The notes beneath the pieces are model-generated. The model was not told the origin of the DNA. It worked only from the letters and a program-made list of their open reading frames with translations, and did no database searches. DNA of 64,000 nucleotides, taken from IMG/VR virus record IMGVR_UViG_3300010340_001122. The stretch is one strand, 5' to 3'. The DNA is from a virus (taxonomy: Duplodnaviria > Caudoviricetes). Below, in pieces: positions 10,017-19,576 of the stretch (its first letter is position 1; the number at the start of each line of letters is the position of its first letter). The position numbers and the translations under genes are program-made.

Positions 10017-10445
10017 ATGAGTAAATTTTATGAATTGTCGCAAGACTCGGTTGACACTTTTTTCAAAGTTTTTAATAAAAAAACTTTCCCTTTAGCTATT
10101 AAATTCCAATTTGTTGGATGTGAAAAGCAAAAAAATCTAATAAAGATTTCTAAATTACCAGATCAGTATTCCTTCTTATTGGATAAGGAGTTATTAGTAC
10201 AAATTAATGATGATCTAATGTCTGTTTTTGAAGAAGAATCAATAACAATTCTAATTGAGCAGGAAATAGATAAGGTTGTTATAGATAGTCAATCAGGTAA
10301 AATCAAAATGATTAAACCAGATTTATCTACTTTTTCATCACTTATCACTAAATATGGTGTTGATAAAGTAGCAAAAGCTAATCAAATTGAAGAATTGTAT
10401 CATCAACAAACTAATGATAGTGACAAAGAGGAGTTTATAGTATAA
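10017..10445 (+). CDS. phage metallopeptidase-like protein lacking the zinc motif
   Basis: ILIEQEIDKV...IKMIKPDLSTFSSLITKYG resembles the LIDHEL.H...K.HDVEEF..VV.RYG pattern, but HExxH is absent. Confidence 0.5.
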   Translation: MSKFYELSQDSVDTFFKVFNKKTFPLAIKFQFVGCEKQKNLIKISKLPDQYSFLLDKELLVQINDDLMSVFEEESITILIEQEIDKVVIDSQSGKIKMIKPDLSTFSSLITKYGVDKVAKANQIEELYHQQTNDSDKEEFIV

Positions 10446-10485
10446 TTTGACATGTATTTAATACAAAATAAAATAAATAAATAAA

Positions 10486-11142
10486 ATGACACAGAAATTA
10501 GAAATTAATACAATTAAACCAGAAGTATCATTTTCTCATATTGATGAGAACTATAGAATTATAGATATTGCTGATGAAATTAAACTAGATAATAGTATTG
10601 ATAGTATCCGGAATTATATGTCTACTACAAATGGGTTTGGTAAAACAGAGGAACAAAAAGATTCAGATTATGCATATGCTCAATCTATTTGGAAGACTTT
10701 TCAAACTGACCTAAGAGAAATTAAACTAAATTTTTATCTTGATAGAAATCAATATAATTTATTAACAGATATTTTGCTAAAAAAATTAGAGTATGATGTA
10801 AATACTGTTTTTATTGCTATTGAACTAACTGAATTGTTGGGTGGTATGAACGGAACTAAGTTTACGGATGATAAAGAAATCAAATCTTTTAAGGCAAATG
10901 CTACTGAGATAACATATATTTATCATTTAATACAAAATTTTAAAGTTAAGGGATTAACCAAAGAGGCATATACATTCTCAAAAATATTGAGAAGAATTGG
11001 TGATATTTCTAAAATAATTAGCTATTATGACGCTAATGCTAAAAATTTAACTGATGAGATTTCAAAATGGGCTTTATCACTTGATGCAGTTATTGCTCCT
11101 CCAATTATGGATTTACCTAAAGTAGAAAAAACCGAAGTTTAA
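10486..11142 (+). CDS. hypothetical protein
   Basis: 218 aa ORF followed by a terminator. Confidence 0.75.
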   Translation: MTQKLEINTIKPEVSFSHIDENYRIIDIADEIKLDNSIDSIRNYMSTTNGFGKTEEQKDSDYAYAQSIWKTFQTDLREIKLNFYLDRNQYNLLTDILLKKLEYDVNTVFIAIELTELLGGMNGTKFTDDKEIKSFKANATEITYIYHLIQNFKVKGLTKEAYTFSKILRRIGDISKIISYYDANAKNLTDEISKWALSLDAVIAPPIMDLPKVEKTEV

Positions 11143-11144
11143 AT

Positions 11145-11170
11145 AAAACCCACTCAAATGAGTGGGTTTT
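11145..11170. terminator. bidirectional intrinsic terminator
   Basis: AAAACCCACTCA-AA-TGAGTGGGTTTT between convergent genes. Confidence 0.85.
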
Positions 11171-11992
11171 TTATTTATTTAAATATTGATATACATATTT
11201 TCTAAACCTATTTTGAACCTCAGGATCCATTTTACTATAAACATCTTGAATCCAGGAAGATTTACTACCAGTTTTTAATAAATATAATATTCTATCATTA
11301 CTCAATCCTCTTTTACGACATTGAGTAATAAAAGAATCAGCATAAGCCATAATTTCATCAGTAGAACTAAAATATTTTTTCATCTTCATTGGTGAATTTT
11401 CTAAATTACGAATTTGAATATTAGGTCTTTTTTCAGCTTGTTTTTTATGTATAGATTCGTGTCTTAATATTTCTTCTAATAAGTCTAATAAACCATTTTT
11501 AATAGGGCCCAAATCGGAATTTAATGTTTCTATAAATTTATCTTCAACCACACAAACATACATTTTATTAGTATGAACATTATGAGCTGCAAATCTTAAT
11601 CCTGGCATAATATGTGGCATATTTACTGGTACCAATTCAATTTCTTTATCTGTTTGTAGTTTAGATTTGAAGTAGTCAATATCTATAAATTCAACATCTA
11701 AACCATTAAACATATCTTTTAACTCATTCATTGTAATACTGTTCATACTTTTAATATTATTTATTATTTCAGTAAAATCATATGGTTCTATTACTGCCTC
11801 GTTAAATGATTTAAAGTTTAAAATATAATTAAAAGATTCTTTTACTTTATTAGGTAATTCTTTTACTGGTACATTTTTAGTCCATTCTTTATTAAATGCC
11901 CATTTCATATTTTTCGGAGCATTCTTTTTAGATTTATATTTATTTCTCATTGCCCAAATAAATTTGAATTGTTGTTTAGATTTTGCTGGCAT
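11171..11992 (-). CDS. putative zincin metallopeptidase with basic N-terminal domain and internal tag-like motif
   Basis: ILRHESIHKKQ (HExxH), downstream YFSSTDEIMAYA; internal YILNFKSFNEA. Confidence 0.65.
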   Translation of the reverse strand: MPAKSKQQFKFIWAMRNKYKSKKNAPKNMKWAFNKEWTKNVPVKELPNKVKESFNYILNFKSFNEAVIEPYDFTEIINNIKSMNSITMNELKDMFNGLDVEFIDIDYFKSKLQTDKEIELVPVNMPHIMPGLRFAAHNVHTNKMYVCVVEDKFIETLNSDLGPIKNGLLDLLEEILRHESIHKKQAEKRPNIQIRNLENSPMKMKKYFSSTDEIMAYADSFITQCRKRGLSNDRILYLLKTGSKSSWIQDVYSKMDPEVQNRFRKYVYQYLNK

Positions 11993-12008
11993 TTTAGGAA
12001 TTCTTTTT

Positions 12009-12020
12009 TAATATATATTA
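12009..12020. promoter_or_regulatory. palindromic late-promoter-like element serving a divergent gene pair
   Basis: TAATATATATTA is a perfect palindrome in the 31-bp gap between starts at 11992(-) and 12024(+). Confidence 0.6.
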
Positions 12021-12023
12021 AAT

Positions 12024-13124
12024 ATGAAGTATATTTTTAATTTCATTTCATTCAATGAAGAGATAAATCCGAAAGACATATTTTTTATTCAATCTAATTT
12101 TGATAAGTATTTTACAATAGCATACGAATTTGAAATAGAGACTGATGATTCTGAAAACTATCAACATGATTTTGATGAGATTGATGATGATGTATTAGAT
12201 GATACATTTAAAGATGTTAAAAAGGAATTGAACTTAACAAGAAGATCTGATACCAATTTTTTAAAAAATTTATTAGATTCAATTTTAGAGTTAGTTGATA
12301 TTGGAGAACTAGATGAGAAATCATTTAATTCGATATTTGATCTGTTAAATCCAATTGATGATATTCAAATTAAAATATCAGAACACACTAAGTCAATTTT
12401 ACTTAGTCAAATAACATCTAATGATTTCAACTATCTAAGTGAAATGGTTAGCCAACATCTAAAACCTTTTTTAGATAAATGGTCCGATGATATCGATCTT
12501 ATTGTTGATGTTACTTTGGATAGAGGTATAGAAATAAAACCAAAAACATATGTAGTAGGAATTTCAAAAGGAATGGAAATGATAGAAGATTTCTATTCAG
12601 CACTTGATTCACAATCATATTGGAAGTTTGCCCCTACTACCGGGTTACATATAAATATTGGAACAACTGAAAATGTAGAATGGAATCCACTCAAAGGATT
12701 ACTCATAATGGATGATTTTAGTTTTAATAAAGAAAGAGTTCCTTTAGTTTTTAAAGATATGACTTGGAGACAGAATAATAAATTTTGTGGATCTCTTTTA
12801 GAATCTATTTATAAAATGGACTTTAAAAAAAGATCTATTTTGAAAAATAAGTTCAATATAGATGATATTAAAAAAACTGAAATTGATATCAATTCTTTTC
12901 TAACAAACAAGGTTAAAGTTGATGGTTTGAAGAATTTTGGATTTAATATAACTAGAATTGAGCAAAATTATGTTGAGTTTAGATATGCTGGTGGTGATAT
13001 TTCTAAAGAAACCTTGAGTGATAAGCTAAAATATTTTAGCTTTCTTGTGTATTGTATGACTAATGTTGAATATAAACGTAAAGAATACTTGAAGAAGTTA
13101 TATAAATTTATAGATTCTTTATAG
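12024..13124 (+). CDS. putative amidoligase (COOH-NH2 ligase, Amidoligase_2-like) with N-terminal tag
   Basis: AYEFEIE, D.TL..GIEI, TTGLHINIG, YVEFRYAGG; N-terminus MKYIFNFISFNEE. Confidence 0.75.
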   Translation: MKYIFNFISFNEEINPKDIFFIQSNFDKYFTIAYEFEIETDDSENYQHDFDEIDDDVLDDTFKDVKKELNLTRRSDTNFLKNLLDSILELVDIGELDEKSFNSIFDLLNPIDDIQIKISEHTKSILLSQITSNDFNYLSEMVSQHLKPFLDKWSDDIDLIVDVTLDRGIEIKPKTYVVGISKGMEMIEDFYSALDSQSYWKFAPTTGLHINIGTTENVEWNPLKGLLIMDDFSFNKERVPLVFKDMTWRQNNKFCGSLLESIYKMDFKKRSILKNKFNIDDIKKTEIDINSFLTNKVKVDGLKNFGFNITRIEQNYVEFRYAGGDISKETLSDKLKYFSFLVYCMTNVEYKRKEYLKKLYKFIDSL

Positions 13125-13496
13125 CTTGGTCCAATTTAAATTTGGATAATTTTGAATTATTTTATCCCAAAATCCTCCACTAACATCTTGGTCTATAACT
13201 ATTTTAAAATTATTAGGTAGTGTTTCAAATATTTTAATTAACTCATCAATTAACCTTCTATCAGAAGTTTTATTTACTATTGATTTGATAGTTACACTAT
13301 TTTCATTGACTTCTAATAGTAATGCTTTTATTAGATTTTTCGAATCTATTCTAACTATTGGATTTCCAGATTTGTTAATTAGTGTTGATGCGTATATTTT
13401 ATTTGCTACTATTTTAACATATGGGAATATTTTTAATATCTGATTTTTCAATGATGATATTGTATCATATGAATTGTATTCTAGTATATTTTTCAT
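13119..13496 (-). CDS. hypothetical protein, possible GNAT-like fold
   Basis: VTIKSIVN...IVIDQDVSGGFWDKI; start overlaps the upstream stop (ATGA). Confidence 0.5.
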   Translation of the reverse strand: MKNILEYNSYDTISSLKNQILKIFPYVKIVANKIYASTLINKSGNPIVRIDSKNLIKALLLEVNENSVTIKSIVNKTSDRRLIDELIKIFETLPNNFKIVIDQDVSGGFWDKIIQNYPNLNWTKL

Positions 13497-14107
13497 TTTA
13501 TTGGACAATGGTTTGCTGACCAAATATATCTATGGTCTCTTTTAATATTTAAACCTATTTTTTCGGCTAATGTAAAAACATCATCTAAACATTCAGAATC
13601 AGAACCACCTACTATTGTAATTGTTTTGCCTTTTAGTTTATTAAGTATTTCATAAAGTTTTTTTGGACAATGAAACCAGACATGATTATTTCCAATATAT
13701 GTTATAACAGTTCCTTCTTTTGTTGGAAAAGTATCTCCTTTTTTAAGTTGTTTTTTATTTTCTAGATCTTTTACTTTATTATAAGTTTCTTTTGATAGAA
13801 TTTTCTTATAGAAGTCAGCATTTACATTATAATTATATCTCTTTTCTATTATATCTTTTTGATTAGGAAACTGATAAAAGTTATCATGTATTGGTATCTC
13901 TGGATCTTCATCATATAAGAAATCTTTATCCACATTTCCTAAAAAGTGATTATCCCATATTTGATATACAACATTAAAGTTATTACAATATTTTGTTAAC
14001 TTATTTATATACATCTCAGTAAAGAATTTTTTAAACGATTTCTGAACATCAACTACTATTAATATGTCTGAATGTTCATAATTCTCAAATGTCTTGATGA
14101 ATCTCAT
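13493..14107 (-). CDS. isochorismatase/cysteine hydrolase family protein with N-terminal tag
   Basis: ILIVVDVQKSF, IIEKRY, TIVGGSDSECL (Asp-Lys-Cys triad pattern); MRFIKTFENY. Confidence 0.7.
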   Translation of the reverse strand: MRFIKTFENYEHSDILIVVDVQKSFKKFFTEMYINKLTKYCNNFNVVYQIWDNHFLGNVDKDFLYDEDPEIPIHDNFYQFPNQKDIIEKRYNYNVNADFYKKILSKETYNKVKDLENKKQLKKGDTFPTKEGTVITYIGNNHVWFHCPKKLYEILNKLKGKTITIVGGSDSECLDDVFTLAEKIGLNIKRDHRYIWSANHCPIK

Positions 14108-14122
14108 ATACTATATATAAAT

Positions 14123-14159
14123 AAAAAAAACGAGATAGATTAACTATCTCGTTTTTTTT
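14123..14159 (-). terminator. intrinsic terminator
   Basis: A8-CGAGATAG-ATTAA-CTATCTCG-T8. Confidence 0.85.
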
Positions 14160-14171
14160 ATATTTTTTTTA

Positions 14172-14759
14172 TTACAGTGGTAACTCTTCAGTTCCTTCTT
14201 CTTCATCATTTTCCTCATCTTCACCAACTTCTTCAAAATCATCTTGAGCTTGTACTTGAGGTTGAGCTTGTGTTTGAACTTGTACTTGAGGTTGAGCTTG
14301 TACAGATTGATCTCCTTGTTCAGTTTGAGCTTGTGGTGCCATTTGTCCTTGAGCTTGTGGTGCCATTTGTCCTTGAGCTTGTGGTGCCATTTGTCCTTGA
14401 GCTTGTGGTGCCATTTGTCCTTGAGCTTGTGGAGTCGTTTGTCCTTGAGCTGCTTGTCCTTCACCTTGAGCTTGTGCGTCACCCATAAGAGCACCAGCTG
14501 GGATTTGATCTACATTTAAGAAATTAGTATTGATGTATTTAACAATTTCTTCTGCGATATCTACATCTCCAAAAAATTGGCGTAAATTCTTACCTGTGGT
14601 ATCTTTTACTTTTTTAACATAGGCGTTAACTAGAGATTGTGGAATATCTAAAAAAGCTCTTACTTTATAAAGATCATTAACCTGAAGAACAGCTTCTTTA
14701 ATAATCTCTTCTCTTTTTCTGTTAAATGTGTATTTTTCAAATTTTCTAAGATGTTTCAT
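14172..14759 (-). CDS. hypothetical protein with N-terminal tag, Gln/Ala-rich repeats and acidic tail
   Basis: MKHLRKFEKY; (QGQMAPQA)n; C-terminal EEVGEDEENDEEEG. Confidence 0.8.
   Translation of the reverse strand: MKHLRKFEKYTFNRKREEIIKEAVLQVNDLYKVRAFLDIPQSLVNAYVKKVKDTTGKNLRQFFGDVDIAEEIVKYINTNFLNVDQIPAGALMGDAQAQGEGQAAQGQTTPQAQGQMAPQAQGQMAPQAQGQMAPQAQGQMAPQAQTEQGDQSVQAQPQVQVQTQAQPQVQAQDDFEEVGEDEENDEEEGTEELPL
14325..14444 (-). repeat. 24-bp coding tandem repeat (4 perfect plus 1 variant)
   Basis: TTGAGCTTGTGGTGCCATTTGTCC at 14325, 14349, 14373 and 14397; variant at 14421. Confidence 0.95.
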
Positions 14760-14804
14760 CTTCTTTTTCTTAATTTTTTATAATGTATATATTAATGTTT
14801 AAAA

Positions 14805-15305
14805 TCAACTTTTTATAATTAATATAGTTGTTATAGTCGCTAATATAATATTTCCACTAATACTAATAAATTTTCTAAATTTCTGTCTGGAAATTTCTTT
14901 TTTAAGAGTTTTGATTTCCTCATCTTTTATAGATGATTGTTTATCAGATAATTTTTTATCGGATTCATAATTTTTTATCTGATTATTAAGATTAATTATT
15001 AACTTATCTTTTTCACCACTTTGATTAATTAATTCTTTATTCTTTATTTCTAATAAAGATATTTTTTGATCTAAAGCATTTACTACTTCTAGATAATAAA
15101 CATCTAAATTATCACAATCAATTCTCAATTGTTTAAATAGTTTTAATAGTTCAGCGTCATTATCTAATGATTGTGCTTGTTCAATTGATATTACAATTCC
15201 TAAGGTATCACCATTTTCTATTAGATATCTTGGCAGTTCTAAAGATTGAGAATTTGCAAATATACTAATCATAATTAAAATTGAAGAAAGTATTAACTTT
15301 TTCAT
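14805..15305 (-). CDS. exported coiled-coil protein with C-terminal membrane anchor (spanin-like?)
   Basis: Signal peptide MKKLILSSILIMISIFANS|Q, coiled coil, hydrophobic C-terminus. Confidence 0.6.
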   Translation of the reverse strand: MKKLILSSILIMISIFANSQSLELPRYLIENGDTLGIVISIEQAQSLDNDAELLKLFKQLRIDCDNLDVYYLEVVNALDQKISLLEIKNKELINQSGEKDKLIINLNNQIKNYESDKKLSDKQSSIKDEEIKTLKKEISRQKFRKFISISGNIILATITTILIIKS

Positions 15306-15306
15306 A

Positions 15307-15735
15307 TTATTTTGTTTTTTCTTTTATAGATTCTATAAGGTCTATTCCAGTTTTTTTTATTGGATTTTTCTCTATATTGTCTATTTTCTTTTTAGTTTTT
15401 TCAACTTCTTTTTTCTGTTTGTCAACATTTAACGTTAGATTTTTTATCTCAACATCTTTTTTATATATTAGATCTGATATTGAATCTATTTTATATTGAT
15501 ATTTTGATATGTTATTTATATAAGATATCGATTCTTTTTTAAGTTTTTCGTTTTGTTTAGATAATAAATCTCTTTCTTTTTGAATTTCTCTACTTTCTTT
15601 TTCAAGTTTCTTTATATCTTTTTTATATCCAGATGAACTCATTGAGAAGTTTATGAAGAAGAATAGTGCAATAACTGATACAACTATCAGTGCCCAGTCC
15701 TTTAATTTTAAATTTGTTAAAAATGAGTTTTTCAT
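15307..15735 (-). CDS. membrane-anchored coiled-coil protein (i-spanin-like?)
   Basis: N-terminal TM helix (WALIVVSVIALFFFINF) followed by Lys-rich coiled coil. Confidence 0.6.
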   Translation of the reverse strand: MKNSFLTNLKLKDWALIVVSVIALFFFINFSMSSSGYKKDIKKLEKESREIQKERDLLSKQNEKLKKESISYINNISKYQYKIDSISDLIYKKDVEIKNLTLNVDKQKKEVEKTKKKIDNIEKNPIKKTGIDLIESIKEKTK

Positions 15736-15743
15736 ATTGAAAA

Positions 15744-15780
15744 TTGAATTTTTTATGTATATTTGTTACTAATATATATT
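15744..15780 (+). promoter_or_regulatory. Bacteroidota-type promoter (TTG...TATATTTG) next to an ATATATA element
   Basis: TATATTTG at 15758-15765; AATATATATT at 15771-15780. Confidence 0.5.
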
Positions 15781-15800
15781 CAATAAAAATATCTTCATTT

Positions 15801-16337
15801 GTGAAAAAATTAGTATCTTTTGATTTTGATGGAACTTTATTCTTTACTCCCGATAAAGAGAACGGACAAGTTATATTTAAGAATGTAACTGGTATAGATT
15901 GGCCTTATGGTGGCTGGTGGGGCAGAAAAGAATCATTAGATTTGAGAATATTCCCTATTCCAATAAATCAATATGTTTATAATAGTTACCTTAAACATAG
16001 GGAAGATCCTGATACCTATGTTTTCTTGGCAACCGGTAGATTAGCTAGTAAGAAAGTTGATCTAACTAAAAATGTTATGCGGGTACTAGATCAATATGAC
16101 TTAACAATTGATAATGAAAAAGGATTTCATGAAATCCACTTGAACCCTGGTATGGATACTTTTGCTTTTAAAGCACGTCTATTCGAAAATTTAATTAAAC
16201 AACATAATCCTGATGAATTTATCATGTATGATGATAGACATGGACATTTAATAAATTTTGAAACATGGGCGCAAACTCAGAAGTGTAAAGTGACTATAAT
16301 TGATGTTGTAAACAAAAAACAAAAAACATATAATTAA
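15801..16337 (+). CDS. HAD-superfamily hydrolase (Swiss-Army-knife RNA-repair-like HAD)
   Basis: FDFDGTLF, LATGR, FK, MYDDR; GTG start at 15801. Confidence 0.8.
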   Translation: MKKLVSFDFDGTLFFTPDKENGQVIFKNVTGIDWPYGGWWGRKESLDLRIFPIPINQYVYNSYLKHREDPDTYVFLATGRLASKKVDLTKNVMRVLDQYDLTIDNEKGFHEIHLNPGMDTFAFKARLFENLIKQHNPDEFIMYDDRHGHLINFETWAQTQKCKVTIIDVVNKKQKTYN

Positions 16338-16341
16338 AAAT

Positions 16342-16623
16342 ATGACAACTATAACAAAGAAAAAAACTTCATCTAAAGTAGATGAAATATTATCACAACC
16401 TTTTAAACTTATACTTCATAATGATGATTATAACACATTTGAATGGGTTATAACCTGTCTTATGAAGGTGTGTGATCATGAATTTGAGCAGGCGAGCCAG
16501 TGCGCTCATATAGTACATTTTAAAGGTGAGTGTGATGTTAAGTATGGAGATTTTGAAAAAATTTCAGTTATGAAAGATAAATTATCATCAGCTGGTTTGT
16601 CAGTCACTATAGAATCGAATTAA
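16342..16623 (+). CDS. clpS: Clp protease adaptor ClpS
   Basis: LILHNDDYNTFEWVI..L..VC.H..EQA.QCA.IVH.KG.C.VK.G. Confidence 0.88.
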   Translation: MTTITKKKTSSKVDEILSQPFKLILHNDDYNTFEWVITCLMKVCDHEFEQASQCAHIVHFKGECDVKYGDFEKISVMKDKLSSAGLSVTIESN

Positions 16624-17405
16624 AATCTATTAGAAGATCTTATTATTTCTTTGATTTGAAGTAAATCTTCATTGGATATTTTATCTATTGAGTGTTTTAC
16701 TTCAAATCTTTTATTTTCAGTTACTTGATCTTCCACAATTGTGTCTTTTATCATTTTACTTATGTCTTTTATAGACAGATTATCTTTTTGAAGGATTCCT
16801 GGTATTTTAAAATTATTTGAATCCTCTTTAAATTTATCCCACTCTTCTTTGTAATTTGGAATATCTTCTACAAATTCATCTTTTTCTTCATCGGTGAAAT
16901 TATTTATTATAGAAACTATTCTCCAATCAAGCTTATTTCTATTCTTTCTAATGAAATCAATTGGTAGTTGGTTGGCACTTATTAATTTCCATAAATTGAA
17001 TTTCTCAATAACCCATTCATATTTGGAAATATCATCTATTTTTTCAGATGAACAAAGATATAAAATCATTCTTTCCCAATTTATATAATTTTCATATAAT
17101 TTAGTGAATTTATCAGATAGTCCTGCATAAGTCTTCATATTTAATCCATGAACATCTTCTAATTCAAAATAGTCAATATCAATTGCATCTTTTATGAATT
17201 TTTCAGAAAGTGTCATAACTTGTATGATAATATTTTTATCGAAATCCTTAATAACTCCCCATTTTAATATGAATGATTCAGGTATCTCATAACGTTGAAT
17301 AACACTTAAAAGACCATCTTCTGAAATCATATCCAATAAGTCTTGTTCAGTTAATTTTACAACTTCTTCAATTTCTTTTTTTTCTACTAATTCTATTTTT
17401 CTCAT
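16620..17405 (-). CDS. tryptophan-repeat family protein
   Basis: Repeats LSEKFIK, INWERM, LWKLISANQLPIDFIRKNRNKLDWRIVS. Confidence 0.55.
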   Translation of the reverse strand: MRKIELVEKKEIEEVVKLTEQDLLDMISEDGLLSVIQRYEIPESFILKWGVIKDFDKNIIIQVMTLSEKFIKDAIDIDYFELEDVHGLNMKTYAGLSDKFTKLYENYINWERMILYLCSSEKIDDISKYEWVIEKFNLWKLISANQLPIDFIRKNRNKLDWRIVSIINNFTDEEKDEFVEDIPNYKEEWDKFKEDSNNFKIPGILQKDNLSIKDISKMIKDTIVEDQVTENKRFEVKHSIDKISNEDLLQIKEIIRSSNRF

Positions 17406-17408
17406 AAT

Positions 17409-19517
17409 TTAATTATTATTTTTAAACGGATTATTCCAAGGATTGGATAATACATCATTTTTGTATCTATTTTGAAGCTTCTTTCTCCTTATATCTAAAA
17501 CTTGAGTGTAATCTACACCTTCTGTATATTCTATTCCGTCTAATGTTGCTCTTATATAGTTCAACATTTCAGAATCAGGTAAAGATTCTGAAAATTCCTC
17601 AACCATTTGTCTAAAATCATTTTTTTGAAATATTGCACACATATCTATTATACTCATAACTGTATCATCATGTGATGATCCATCCGCAGCATATCTTACA
17701 TTACCTGCGGCTGTTGTATGTTTTATAAATGTTGTCATTTCCGAAATATTTATATCATTTGTTATTATTATAGATCTTTCTTCCATTTTATCTTGATACT
17801 CTTTAACCAATAGGTTTTTATTTTCACCAACTTTAAGTCCTATTTTTTCATCAAGTGCATCTGCGCGATGTTTGAATCTAAAAAATATTGATGATCCATA
17901 ATCATTTCTACCATCAAATACATGAGGCATATGAGCTAGTAGTTCATTTCCATAAGTATTGATCTCTAAAACTATTTTAACATTGTCTGGGTTGAAATAT
18001 TCAAATGATATTAAATATAGAATTTCAGCTAGTTGTTGTACAGATACTAAATTACTTCTAAACATACCTACCTGTTCCAATTTGAAAAAATCAACAATTG
18101 ATTTATATTTATGTTTTTGGTGTTCTATTAATTCTTTTGTTTTAACATTTAATTTAAATATATTAATTATTGAATAATCCTGTCCTAATCCTTCTGATAC
18201 ATCCACAGATATTATTATTTTATAATCTTTTCTTTTTAGTGGTAAAAATATATCATCGTCTTGAATCCATTTCATATCTTGATACGAAAATTTCAATTTT
18301 TCAAGTTCATCAAGTTTTTCCCACTCATATATTTTTTTATTTTTAGTTAAATCATCGATGAGAGTTTCGGTTAATAAACTTCTTGAAGAATTTATAAATC
18401 TTAAATCATATTCCTGGTTAAATGCTTCTTCACCGCCAATATCCTTAATAGTTTCTTTTTTCCAAGTCGTTATTTCTGAAAACTCTAATAGTCTTATTCC
18501 ATTAAATGATTCGGATAAAATATCTTCTTCAGAACAGTCTATTGTATTTAGTGTTGTAATTACCCATTTTTTTAACTCATCATTATATGATAAGGTGTGT
18601 TCATTTTTTGGATATTTTTCAATTAAATAATCGAGTAATTCATTTTTGTTTATTTTATTTTCTTCTACTTTTTTTGGATTTAGTCTAATATAAGTAGAGA
18701 ATCTTTTAGGAACTTGCCACCAATATACTCTTTTTGCGACATATGATGATTTTTCTCCCTCTGGTTTTTCAGCATCTGTTAATAATTTGTGAAAAAGGTT
18801 AAACCCATCAGGAGTTGATGTTATGATTATTTTTGAATTATCTATATTAGATACTGTCGGAAATACTGATTTGTAGAATTTATCAGCTATATTTCCTGGT
18901 AGATATGCAAACTCATCTAAGTATAAAAAATCAGCAGCCTGCCCAATAGATGCAGTTTTAGTTGTTGCGAATCCTTTTATTCTACTTTTATTTTCAAAAA
19001 CCATAAATTTTTGATTCCAGTTTATAATTCCCTGTTGTAAAAAGAAAGGCAGTTTTTGATATATTTCCCTTATTTTATCTAACACCTCAATTGCTGTATC
19101 TAATTTATTTGCTGTTACTAATACATTTTTATTATTATTAAATAAAACATAATGTAGCATCATAATTGATGAGCAGATGGTTTTACCTATTTGACGACTT
19201 GCCATCAATATATTAAATCTATTATTAAAGAAATTATCTAGTATTTCATTTTGATAGTCTCTAAGTGGTATTATAATTGGTTGTCCTTCTTCGCCTTTGA
19301 TATAACAATAGGTTCTTGCGAAATAATGAATATCTAAAGCACATTTTATATATTCTTCTTGTTCATCATTTGACATCTTAAATGTTAGACCAGCAGTTCT
19401 TAGACCCACTACTTTTTCAAAAAATGGATTTTCTAGTCTATTTAAAACAAAACCATTGTTTATTTTTTCAGTAGCTTCTTCTACCATTTTTGTTGTCCAA
19501 ATTATTTGTCTTGACAT
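17409..19517 (-). CDS. gp17: terminase large subunit
   Basis: LRDYQ, SRQIGKT, LYLDEFA, IITSTPDG, FNQEY, VDVSEGLGQDYS, LEINTYG, SHDDTVMS. Confidence 0.95.
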   Translation of the reverse strand: MSRQIIWTTKMVEEATEKINNGFVLNRLENPFFEKVVGLRTAGLTFKMSNDEQEEYIKCALDIHYFARTYCYIKGEEGQPIIIPLRDYQNEILDNFFNNRFNILMASRQIGKTICSSIMMLHYVLFNNNKNVLVTANKLDTAIEVLDKIREIYQKLPFFLQQGIINWNQKFMVFENKSRIKGFATTKTASIGQAADFLYLDEFAYLPGNIADKFYKSVFPTVSNIDNSKIIITSTPDGFNLFHKLLTDAEKPEGEKSSYVAKRVYWWQVPKRFSTYIRLNPKKVEENKINKNELLDYLIEKYPKNEHTLSYNDELKKWVITTLNTIDCSEEDILSESFNGIRLLEFSEITTWKKETIKDIGGEEAFNQEYDLRFINSSRSLLTETLIDDLTKNKKIYEWEKLDELEKLKFSYQDMKWIQDDDIFLPLKRKDYKIIISVDVSEGLGQDYSIINIFKLNVKTKELIEHQKHKYKSIVDFFKLEQVGMFRSNLVSVQQLAEILYLISFEYFNPDNVKIVLEINTYGNELLAHMPHVFDGRNDYGSSIFFRFKHRADALDEKIGLKVGENKNLLVKEYQDKMEERSIIITNDINISEMTTFIKHTTAAGNVRYAADGSSHDDTVMSIIDMCAIFQKNDFRQMVEEFSESLPDSEMLNYIRATLDGIEYTEGVDYTQVLDIRRKKLQNRYKNDVLSNPWNNPFKNNN

Positions 19518-19576
19518 ATCTTAAAAAATTTTTAAAAAATCCACAAAGGAATATTTTTAGTATATATAGTAATATT

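Noticed and set aside
14325-14444. 24-bp repeats as a mini-CRISPR, and overlapping ORFs 14144-14494, 14177-14488 and 14244-14519
   Set aside because: Head-to-tail coding repeat; the alternative frames are open only because the unit lacks stops
18460-18705. Intein or intron in TerL
   Set aside because: Frame is uninterrupted and no splicing motifs are visible
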